Below, one piece after another: positions 27,528-39,100 of a DNA stretch of 60,000 bases. The position numbers and the translations under genes are program-made. Numbering within the stretch: position 1 is the first letter of the stretch; every line of letters begins with the position of its first letter. The stretch is from Vicugna vicugna (taxonomy: Eukaryota): contig MU058714.1 of NCBI GenBank assembly GCA_013265495.1, positions 1,862,001 to 1,922,000 on the forward strand, given 5' to 3'. The notes beneath the pieces are model-generated. The model made no database searches. It saw nothing but the letters and a program-made list of their open reading frames with translations, and was not told the origin of the DNA.

Positions 27528-29556
27528 CCGCAGCGCAGCGCGGACGGTCCTCCCTGCCCCGCCTCCCAAATTTACGGGGCGGGCTCGGGAACCAGTGGAG
27601 AAGATCCTGGGGCCGGGCCGGGCAGGGGCCGGGGGGGCGCACCTCCGGCTCCCCCGAGGCGGCCGCGGGGACAGGGCACGGCCATTTGGCGAGGCGGCTC
27701 TGCACGGACACCTCTCGGTGTGATTTGAACAAAGGAGCCTCCCTGGGCAGAGGCACTCGCGCGCGCACGTGGCCACTAGCACTCACGGGCCCCACACGCA
27801 CCAGCAGAGGCCCAGCCCTTCGTCTCGGCTCATCCGCGCACCCTCCCTTGTAATTCCCTTCTCAAATATTTGCCGAATTTACAAAAAAAAAACCAAAAAA
27901 CCCTTAACTTGCAGACCAAAAAGAAACAGACGGCCGGCCTTGGGGTCACGTGAGAATCCAAGAAGCCTGCCCTCCTAGCTTGGCGGCCACGCCCTGCGGC
28001 GCCCTGGCTCCCTTCTGGGCCGCAGACAGACCCTTCCCAGGCCAGAGGAGCCCTGGCAGGTCCCTGGGGCCGGCCCGCAGCTTCATTGTCATGATCTCAA
28101 ACTCTGTAGCGCTCCTCGCCCTGCTCCCTGGCAACCCCTTCCACCCTGCCCTCCGGAGCTCAGGGATCATCAACGGAGCAGGGCACTGGCCAGGGGCGTT
28201 GAGGAACAGCACAGAACCGGTCTGGCACCAGAACCCAGAGAACACGGTCACACCGCACACACACACCCCACAGTGTCCCCCCCAGGCTCCCAGGTAGGTC
28301 CCAGTGGCAGCTCCAGCCTTCGCCTTGGCTTGTCACTGGGGGCCGCTGATTCACACACTGGGACGAAGGGCAGGATAGGAAAAGGGAAGGGAGGGCCCCG
28401 AGGCCCCACAGCTGAAGTGCTGTCCTGAACAACGTTTCTGTGGGATTTTCTTCTCCTTCCAGGACTGTGCTGCACAGATACCCCCAGCTCTTGGTGCCTT
28501 AGACTGTCCTTGGCTCGCCTCCTGCTGGTTGGTGGGGCTCTGCTCACTGTAGCCTGCCTGGGGCCCAGGTGACGGGGGACGGTTCTGGGCTGGGTGGCTG
28601 GGATTGAGAGCCAGGCTGGAACCACAGGGGGCTGGAGACTCTCGTGGGCTCTGAAGTGCTTCTAGGGAAGACAACAGGGCCTCTCTCCTCACTTTTTCAT
28701 CTAAAGGAAGCCACATGGCCACCCCTCACTTTAAGGGGCACATGCAAGAAACAGGGGAGCACGGAGGCCACTGGCACCAGCAGCAGCAAAACCGCTCCCA
28801 GCCTGCTGCCTCCTGGCAAATCACAAGTGACCCATTGCCGCTACAGTTCCCCAAGTGTGGTGCGCCCAGGATGGGCGTATAAATTCTGATCTGCCTTCTT
28901 TCCCCAGAGATCGCAGCCTGACGACCAGATAAATGGGACGAAGTTCATGAAAGGTGCACTTTCCAAGGGGCCCGAAGGGGCCCTGCTCCAGGGCCAGCTG
29001 GGCCAGGCACCTGAGCATCCTTACCTGGTGGGGCTGCCAACCTTCGTGCCTGGCCAGAGTGCAGGCCACATGCTGTGAGGGGCTGCTCTCTCCTCTTGGT
29101 GGAAGGACATCCGGGATTGAGGCAACCCTCCCTCTTCCACAGAAATGTGCCCCCTCAGGAGGGCTGCCTGTCCGCCACAGGCACACCAGCTGCACATCTC
29201 TCTTCAGGCCCCCTGAGCCCAGACCAGGCCCCAGGCCATGACCCTGAGGGCCCCTCGGGCTGCCTTCAGTACCCCCAACCCCAGGAGGAGAGGTGAGGGC
29301 AGGCAGCCAGCTCAGGCCAGGAGTGAGCTTCGTGCAGACCCACGCACCGCGTGCCTGGCAGCTCCCCACAAGCTCCCTGCATGTCTCCAGATGAAGCTCT
29401 CTGGGCACACCTGCCTCATACCTCTCCTTGTGGACCAGGAAGGCTCAGCCCTGGTCACGGAGTGAACCGTGAAATCTACAAGGTTGTGGCAGGGTTCCCG
29501 GGAGGTTCAACACCAGATTTGAGGCTACATGCTGCTGTGGTCCGGGACTGTAACGG

Positions 29557-29799
29557 GCTCTGTATTCTAAACTAAAATATGAACGGTGGAGCAGGTGTGC
29601 TGGTGCCCGAGCACTGGCGGCCGAACCTTCAGCTCGTAGGAAACCCGGCCGCGAGAGCCGCCGTGCAAAGCCCAGGAATCTTTTACTGTGCTCCCCAAGT
29701 TAACAGAGCCATTCGCGGCTCTGCGGGCGGGCTGTCCGTGAGGCTCCCTGCAGCCCTCGGGAGGCTGCTCCGAGCTCACTGCTCCCCCACACTGAGTGC
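29557..29799. repeat. Local direct duplication, copy 1 (in CCDC57 3'UTR)
   Basis: Aligns by eye to 32052-32273 at high identity. Confidence 0.9.
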
Positions 29800-29947
29800 T
29801 GGCGTGCCACATATGTCCCTGACCCTGCAGAGGGGAGGCAGCACCAGGGAGGAGGAGGGGGAGAAGCAGAGGTGAGGGTCGGGGAGAGGATGTGGGGGTG
29901 GGGAAGGGGAGGGAGGGAGAGCAGTGGAGGAAGGGCGGCCAAGGAGC

Positions 29948-30150
29948 TCATTCCTTGGAGTTGTAGTTACGAATCTTGGGGGGCCGCTGGCAGCCTTGAG
30001 GTTTTGCTGGACGAGCCCTGGGGTGTCCAGTGGGCTTGCCCCTTGCTTGGGCTTCCATCTTCATCCCTTCGATGGCAAAGGCCACCCAGGACCTGGTGGG
30101 GCTCCCCTCGGGGTGCTGGAGGCTGTAGGCTGCTGGAGGTGCTGGGTGCT
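29948..30150 (-). CDS. CCDC57: CCDC57 terminal exon (coding part)
   Basis: Acceptor ttctcttcacctgctag|; [23 protein letters not shown]. Confidence 0.9.
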
Positions 30151-33100
30151 CTAGCAGGTGAAGAGAAATCAGAAAGGAAAGCGAGTCATTATGGGGCAGG
30201 GAAGGGTAGAAAAGGGCAGTGGACTCAGAAAGCTGAGCTTGCGGACTGTGAGCGGCCTTGCTTCTGGCCGGTGGGAACCAAGAGCCTACACCCACCCAGC
30301 TTGCTGCAGGAGCCCATGCTGGCCAGAGGCCCTTCCAGGGGAACTGGCCCTGTGTCCTGGCACAGAGGGTCTGGGTGGGCACGTGCTCTCCAGATGCTCT
30401 GCAGGGCCTGGGCCTGCCCGTCCACTGGGCACTCAGGACATGTGGCCCCTAAAACGGCATCTCCTGTCGTGTCCATTTCGTAACGGGTCCCACGGGGGTG
30501 CAGAGGTTAATGGTTGACTCATGACACTTCCCAGCCTGTCATGCCCCCACCCCCTGCCCTCTGGCCATGCTTGTCAGGCGCCTCCAACCGCCCAGCAGCC
30601 CTGACACACGTGGCCAGGCGCAGGCCAAGGACCTGGGGGCTGCACCACACCTCGTGGGCACGGGCAGCCCTTGCAAGTATCAGCGATGACTGCCTTTGTG
30701 CCACGGCACTGTAGGTGATTTTTCAAAAGCCCTTTGAGCTTCTCTCTAGTACCCTAGTTTTTAGAACTCAGAATGTACTTCTTTTGTAAAAATACCAAGA
30801 CGATGTTATTAAAAACCAATTGTGAGATGCCAGCTCGGGGCGGCTCTCCCCCAACAGTGGGCCCCACAGGCAGGGTGGGGGTCTGGAGCCCCAGGAGGGT
30901 CCACACCAAAGGAGAACGTTGCCCAGGCGTGAAGACAGGGTAGGTGGGGTGGCTCACCCGTGCGACGCGTGCTCAGTGTCACTGAATCCACCACCCTGGG
31001 CCTGGCGGTGTTACAGTCTGGAGGGCCTGCCCAGCACATGGCCATGTGCTGCACAGGGGGACCGCTGGATGGGACCAACCTGGGCGAGACCTGAGGACCA
31101 GGACTGGCCAGTGGGGTGGCTGCACAGCCTCCGAGGGCAAAAGGGACAGGGCTGGCATGGAGCCGGGAGGTGGGGAAAAGACCCAGGGCTGCAAGCACAC
31201 ATGTCCCGCACACCAGGGCGCCATAAGCCAGGCACACCCAGGGCCCTGCCCTCCTATATCCTGTGTTCCTCCTGCTCCTCTGGCATCTGGAGACTTCTAG
31301 AACCGCTCCTCCTTCCCTGGGGCCTTCCCAGGGTCACGCCCAGTAGCCTCCCTGCTGTACCCTCAGACCCAAAGCTGGGCCTGCCCTGTCTTCCTCCGGG
31401 CGCCTGGAGGGTGGGTCCCTGGGCGTCCTCACGCTCCCCTCTGCCTCCTGTGACACGGCTGCTTCCCTTTCATTAAGAAGATGCCTGTGTCTCTGGTTCT
31501 TCAACCCCACACCAACTCCTCCTCCACACAGACCCTCCCAGCCCAGATGCCTTTACAAGTAAACCTGTGGGTTTACCTGCAAAGGGACCTCTGGTCAGCT
31601 CCATCCTGCCACCTGGGCCCCATGTTTGCTTGGTCTCCTTTTGGAATGCAGTGGCCCTGGGGGAGGGGCAGGGACAGGACCCTGAACGCTGTGATGCTGG
31701 GGGGTCCCTCTCTCCCCCCTCAGGGGTTCCGTGGGTGTAGCCTGAGTTCATCCTTGAGGCACTGTCTGAGGAATTCCTGGGGAGAGCAGGGTGGACGGAG
31801 AAGGGACAGCCCCGGTCTCAAGACCTTGGCTTGGGAGGCCAAGCTCCCTGTGACCAGCTGTCAGGAGCCAAGTGCCCGGCAGGCGGTTCCGCTGGTCGCT
31901 GGGAGCACAGGCTGGGCAGGGCCCCCGCTCCCTGCCTAGGGGCAGGGCCCCCGAGCTGTGGGCAGCCAGCTGGTTTCTGCCCTCTCCCTTCAGAGTTGCC
32001 CTGAGGGTGACTGGCTTCTCCAGAGCCGTGCAGTGCCGGCTCACACATGAAGCTCTGTATTCCAAACTAAAACACGAACGGCGGAGCAGGTGTGCTGGTG
32101 CCCAAGCACTGGCGGCCGAACCTTCAGCTCGCGGGAAACCCGGCCGCGAGAGCCGCCGTGCGGAGCCCAGGAACCCTTCACTGTGCTCCCCAGGCTAACA
32201 GAGCCATTCGCGGCTCTGCGGGTGGGCGCCCCGGGAAGGCTGCTCCGAGCTGACTGCCCCCGACGCTGAGTGCCCCCTCCGAGTTGGAAGGACAAACTCT
32301 CATTTCCCAGTGTTAGAGATGTTGCAACGACGCTTCCTTGAGGACTGAATGGCCCTCCTAGAGGCTGCTCACAGTGACAGAATGTGGATGCGGCCAAGCT
32401 TTCACGTAGCCCCCTCCATCTCTGCACTGAACTGTGCCGAACACACACCTTTGAGTCCCTCCAGGGACACGGGTGAGGTTCTGTATAAGGAGCCACATGA
32501 AGAACACACCACAAGAAGAGCTCACAAAGGAGAAAGCAAATCCAGAAGAAGCTGCTGGAGAAACAGGGAACTCCGAGGTACAGACACCCACAGCAATCCA
32601 AATGAGAATTCCAGACACTGTTGCTTGGACGGTGGCGGTGTGCCGGAGTGGGAGGAGGGGAGTGTGTGGAGAACCTGCCTGTGACGTGGTCACAAGTCTG
32701 AGAAACGAGTAGGGCTGCGAACATGGGTGTGAGCAGGTGAACCCATCCGAGGGCAAAACCAGAACATGTAACTTACGAAACAGCAGAAGAAAACTTGCTG
32801 TCGCCAGTGAGCAGCAGGAATGTAGAAAGATGAAACAGAAAGAACATAAATAAATTGGAAATAAATAATATGGAGAATGAAGTCCAATATATAAGAGTTA
32901 AATAAATATTAATGAGTTCAGCTCACTAAAGAAGAAAAAAATTCTCAAATTGGAGCTATTGGAAAAAAAGCAAAGATCCAACAAGATGTTGTAAAAGGAC
33001 CCATTTAAAACAAAAGACGAATAAAAACTGAAAATAAAAAAAAAACACAATTAGGCATAAAGTGTCACAACGGGCAAAGAAGAACTGTGCACTGGTGAAG

Positions 33101-36100
33101 GGACAACTTCACAACACATCAAGTGACATCTGATAGAGCTGCAGAGCAAAACAGATAATCCCAAACAGGCAGATGAAAGTTTTAATCATCCCTGTTGATC
33201 ACAAGCCACACAGAGACGGCAAAGATTCAGTTAGTGGAACTAACTGGCTTGAGTTATTAGATACAGAGATGTATATTCAATATCTTGTAGTAACCTTTAG
33301 TGAAAAAGAATATGAAAATGAATATGAAAATGAATATATGTGTGTATATGCATGACTGGGTCACTGTGCTGCGCACCAGAAACTGACACATTGTAAATGT
33401 GCCCCAATTTTTAAAAAAAATAAACAAATAATTTAATTAACTATTAATAAAGTTCTTAAAAATATACCATTATCAAGTAAAGTTTGTCCCAGTAACGCAA
33501 GGCTGGTTCAGTATCAGAAAGTCTACCACCATCTTTCACCACAATAAACAAATTAAAAAATATATATATATATGATTATCTCAATCAATGCAGAAAAAAC
33601 ATCTGATGAGGTTTAACAAGTATTTATGATGAAAACTCTTAGTGAATCAAGAATGCAAGGGGAAATGTTTAACTTGACGGAGGCTATTTTGTAAAACACA
33701 CAGCCTGTGTGCAAAACCAGCCTCAGTCCCTTCAAGTCAGGGAGGGAGACAAGTTGCCCCCCGTGACGCTCCCAGGGCCCCAGCCAGCTCCGCAAGGAAA
33801 GCAGAAGAAGTAAGGAGGGTGAGAAGAGAAGGGAGGAACCGGTGGCTGTCTGAAGACAGCATGGCCGTCCCCGCAGAGGAAGCAGCCCTGGAGACGTGTG
33901 AACTGCTTGCTGGTGTGGACACGGACTCAGCAGGGTGAGGGGCAGGCCGCCGGGCATCCCAAGCACCCAGAAGCAGCAAATAGGAGGAGGCTCTGGACAT
34001 GGGGTCTCACGGGGACGCAGCCGGACGCCCTGTCATCAGGGCCTGTGGCCGGAGGGTGGCTGCTGGTTTCCATGGCGGCCCCTGCCACCAGCACCTGGTG
34101 GCCTCCACTCGGCGAAGGGGGACCCAGACCATCGTCTCTTTACAGAGGGAGTGTGGAGTTTGCAGTGTTCTCCAGGGAGCAAATAACCTGTGCGAATCAG
34201 GAAGGCAGAAGCGGGGTTTGATACGCTATACACTGATTTCCAATTTTTTTTTTAAGTTGAGGAGCTATTTCATCAAAGAAAATCTCGAGTGCGGCCTCCA
34301 GTGAAGGGCAGCTCTGGCTGCATGAGGGTACAAGGCCTCCAGCCTCTCTCAAGGCCCTTCCGCGGGACCCAACGCCCCCGGGGAAGACCCTGCCCTGATG
34401 ACCTCCCCAGGAGTCCTCAGCGCCGCAGGGGAGAATAATTAAGAGCCCGAGTGAGTAAACACACAGGAATGAGAAGAATCCGGAGGCAGCAGGAGGCCTG
34501 GTCTCTCCCACTTTGGCTCCTCTTCATTCTGCCTGTGTGGGACTCTGCTCTCCCAGACCAGCTACTGAGGCTGGAGTGGGGCCCCGGGGCAGGAGGGGCC
34601 CCAGACAGCAGTGCTCATCGGAGCCACGCTCATCCACAGCGCCCCAAGCTGGAGGATGCTGAACGCAGATGATCCTTACTTGTTTTTTTTTTTTTAAATG
34701 ATTTCTATCGAGCTATAATTTACATACAATAAAGTGTAGCTGCTGGATGTGTCCATTTCAGGGGGCTGTAGAAAACGTGCACATCTATGTACCTGGAACA
34801 CCTCCGTCGCTCGCAGTGTCCCCACTCCAGCCCTGAGCAACCAGCATCATCACTGCCAAGATGGATGGTTTCGTTTCCCGGGACAGGAGGACACCAGGCC
34901 TTGCCCGATACCTGGTTCTTGCAGAGGCCATAGAGACGTTTCCGAGACTCACTCCCCTTGTCACACGTGTCGAGGGCTCTTTCCTTGCGGGCGGTGGTCC
35001 TTCCTGTGGCTGCATAGTCACTTGCTTTCCCACTTGTCTGCCAGTGGGTGTCTGTGTTGTCCCCAGCCCGACGTGCGTGTTAAGGCCTGCGGGTGCACGA
35101 GGGAAGTGAGTGGCTGGGTGGTGGAGTCAGCAGACACTGCATGTTTAACTTCACAAGAAACTGCCCCGCTCTTTCCCAAGGCAGCTGGGCACAGGGCGCT
35201 CCCCCAGGTGTGTGTGAGGTCCAGCTGCCCCTTGATGACGCCATGCTTTTGTGTGTGTTTGGTTGTCTGAGTGAACACACAGTGGCACTTTGCTGTGGAT
35301 TGAACTTCCATTTCCCTGACGGCTACTAATGAACACCTTTCATGGGCTCGCTGGCCATCAGCATCTCTTCTTTTGTAAAGTGTCTTTTCAAGTGTTTTGG
35401 CTATTTATTTATTTATTTATTTACTGTTTAATGGATTGAACCCAGGACCTCACGCATGCTAAGCACACGCTCCACCACGGAGCTATACCCTCCCCCCCTT
35501 GGTTACTTTTAAATTGGACTTATGTGTTTACTACTGAGTTGTCAAGTTCTTTGTCCGTGTGAATTCCAATATTTTACCCCAGCCCACGGCTCATCTTCTT
35601 GGCAGGGACATTGGAGAAGCAGGATGCGAACATTTTGATGATGTCCAAGCTATCCGTTTTTTTTTCCTTATGGTTGGGACTGTTTTTGTCCCAAGAAATC
35701 TTCGCCCATCCCAGAGTCACAAAGATTTTCCCCTATGCTTTCTTCTAGAAGTTTTGTACTTTTTAGCTTTAAACTTAGGCTTGCGATGGATTCTGAATTA
35801 ATTTTTGCATCTGATGTAAGAGTTAAGAGTCACTTTGTTCCCCACTTAGATACCTAGTTGTTCCAGCACGACTTACTGCATGAACCACCCACTCTCCTTA
35901 AATTACGGTAACTGAAAAATCAGTGGGCAGGTCACTAGCTCAGTGGCAGGGTGCTTGCTTAGTGTGCATGAGGTCCTGGCTTCAGCGCCCAACATCACTG
36001 AAAAAAGAGCGATGACCACATACGTATGTGCGTATGTGTCTCTATTTCGTCTCTTCTTATGCCAACAACATACTGTGCTGTTTACCAGAGCTTTACAGCG

Positions 36101-39100
36101 AGTCTTAAGGTCACGTAGTTTAAGTGCCTTCAACTTCGTTCTTCTTCAGGACTGCTTTGATATTCTATATTCTTTGCATTTCCATGTACATTTTAATTTT
36201 CAATTTCAACTTTTAATGCCTGCTGGGATTTTGATTCAGATTCTGTTAAATCTATAGGTAAATTTTGGAAGACATGACATCTTAACATTGAATGTTCCAA
36301 TCCATGAATATGGTATATATTTCCATTGTTTGGGTCTTAATATTCTCCCAGTGATTTCTTTTGCAGGATATAGGTACTGTGTTCAGTGTGTCCCCAAGTA
36401 TTTCATGGTTATGGATGCTATTGTTAATAGTACTTTTTATTGCAATTTCCAATCTTCATTGCTAGATAGAGTGATACAATTGATTTGGTATATTGATCTT
36501 GTACCCTGGGTCTTTGCTAAAGTCACTTTGTCATTCTAGATTTGTTTCATAGGTTATTTAGAATTTTTTATGTACCAGATAACACAGTGTGTGAGTAAAG
36601 ACGATTTTACTTCTTCTTTTGCAGGAGGATGTCCATGCTCCCTGTTTTCTCGCTTTTATTACAAGGCTGGGGCCTCTGGCATGGTGCGGGGGGAAGGACT
36701 GCGCGCGGGCGTCCGCCTCTCACCATGAAGTACGACGTTAGCTGTAGACTTCGCACAGATGCCCTCCGTCAGGGTTAAGTCGTTTCCTTCCACCCCTAAT
36801 TTGCTGAGTTTTTTGTTTGTTTGTTTGTTTCTTTAAATCATGAGCTGGTGTTCAATTTTGTTGAATACTTTTCCTGTGTGTATTTACACAACTGTATGGT
36901 GTTTCTTTTTTTTTTTTTTAATCTGTTAATTTAGCATATTGATGTTTTAATGTTATACCAACTTGTCACTGCCAGAATAACACCCACTGGGTCTGGATAT
37001 CCTAGCCTTTTCATGAATCATTGGGTTTGATATTCTAATATTTCATTAAGAATTTTTTGGTCTATGTTCTTTAAGGAAATTGGTCCATAGTTTTTCCTTC
37101 CTGGAATGTCTCTGTCTGGTCTTGGTATCAGGGCAGTGTTGGCCTCATGAAATGAACTGCACGTCTTCTGCCATCCTTTATTTTTTGCAAATGAGCTTGG
37201 ATGGGATTAATATTCTTTCTTAGATGTTTATGTCACCAGGGAAGCCACCTGGCCTGGAGTCTGTGTGGGAAGGCTTTAAGTTCTACCACCAACTGCTTGG
37301 ATAGACAGACGCCTAGTCACATTTCTATTTCTCCTTGAAGCAGGTTTGGTAACATGGGTCTTTCAGGGAATTTGCCAGTTTTATCAAACTGTTGGCCTGT
37401 AGTTGTTCTTATTTCATGATCATCTCCTTAATATCTTCAGGCCCTGCAGCAATTCCCCCTCTTTCACTCCTTGTAATTTTTAACTGGCTGTTGGACATTT
37501 TAACTACTGTGCTCACATTTTCTTGTCTTTTTTCTAGCGTGTTGGGCTTTGCTCTTTAGGCAGTCAGGTGCCTCATTAGGTCATGTCTAAGACTGGTTTT
37601 AAGCTCTTCCAAGCTAGGTCTAGACAGGCCTGCCCGTCAGGGACAGGGCTACGACCAAGGTGTGCCTTCTCTGGGTCTCGGCTGAGTGACGGCTGGAGCT
37701 TCCTCCCTACCCCTGAGGTCTCTGGAAATGGTTCCGCTTACGAGCTGTCTTTCCTTTGCCTGGATTTGCGGAGTTTTACTCCATACATCTGTGGGCTAGT
37801 ACCCAGTAAGGACTCAAGAGAATCCCCAGGCAGGTTTCTGGAGCTCTCTTCTGCACACCACTCCCGCTCTCTGGACTCTCTCCTGTGTCTCCCAGCCCTT
37901 CTGCCTCCCCGAATCCTGACTGCTGTTTCCTCTGCCCCGGAAGACACTGAGATCTGCTTGGCGATCCCCTCCCTGTGCCTGCAACCCAGAAACGGCCTCT
38001 GGGCCGGGAGCCAGGGCACCTGAAAGGCCCCGGCTGTCCTCCTTCCTTCGAGAGTCCCGGTCCTGTGCCGCCTATTTCCCGATATCTGAGAACAGTGGTT
38101 TCGTATATTTTGTTTATGGAGAGGTGTTGACGTCTAGTCCTCAGCCTGCTCAGAAGCAGGAGTGGGCGCTAGTCATGCTGTGGCCCCAGAATACCCACCA
38201 CCAAAGTATGAGCCGATCCGGCTACTTCTTAAAGTATTTACTTTGTTTTCAAAGTTATTTCAACACAAGTTTTTTCCTAAGTGGCAGAACTTGTTTCATC
38301 ATAACAGCCTCAAGAGAAGAGCTAACAAAGATCTATTTGACCATCTGTTTCTCGAAAAGTACTTTCCCCAAAGCCTCAGATTATGGGCATCGGTAAAGGC
38401 AGGAAGCTGGAGTTGCTCCCTTAATTCAAGACACTGCGCTGCTCCCTCCTTTGAACAGAACGCTGCTTCCTCCGTTTCTCTGGCTGCAGTCACAAGAGGG
38501 TGCTTCGGGGTGTGCACACTCCTCTCAGGACAGTTTCCTGGGGCCCTGGGCTCTCATTCAGTGCCGCCCTGATGAGACAGGAGGGGGCAGGGCACAGCCG
38601 TTCAAGGGGTGACACAGCAGTTCGCATCAAAATGGTGGAAGATCCAGCCCCCGGCAGGCCCTGAGGCTCAGGATGATGAGAGATTTCACTTCTAGCAGAC
38701 CTTGAGCTTCCTTATAGGCCCACTGTAATATATCAGCAGGGTGAGTAACATGCCCACAGGCGCCGTGGCAGTCCCAAGGCTGGCCACAGAAGGTCAGAGT
38801 GGGAAGTAGCCACCTTCCTGGGAGCCCCAGCCCCTTCCCCAGGCTACTTAGACTGGCCCTTCCACTTATTAGCACATGAAGCCACTAAGCCCATAAAAAC
38901 TGGCAACACAGCACCTCGCCCACTCTCTGTCTATGGAGTGTGTGCCTACTTTTAATCAGAAGACCCACCCCCACACGTCGTGGCCCTTCTCTTGCCTTCC
39001 AATGTATCTCTCTGACTAAATCTACTTTTACTCAACTGTGGTTCGCTCTTGAATTCTTTCCTGTGCGAAGCCAAGGACCCACGCTTGGCGGGGCACGTCC

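Larger units (their letters stand above)
26250..27850. promoter_or_regulatory. FASN: FASN promoter CpG island
   Basis: High GC/CpG density spanning exon 1. Confidence 0.9.
34690..38120 (-). mobile_element. Old LINE-1 fragments, antisense (3' end, ORF2, 5' region)
   Basis: T-rich; gctataatttacatacaataaa, ctgttaaatctataggtaaattttggaag..aacattgaatgttccaatccatgaatatgg. Confidence 0.75.

Noticed and set aside
26197..27853. ORFs of ~300 aa across the FASN promoter
   Set aside because: CpG-island artefacts that also span the N gap.
29557..29799. H/ACA snoRNA reading of the duplicated segment (ACA near its minus-strand 3' end)
   Set aside because: The ANANNA candidate (ACAGTA) is absent from copy 2 and lies too far from the ACA for a normal second hairpin.
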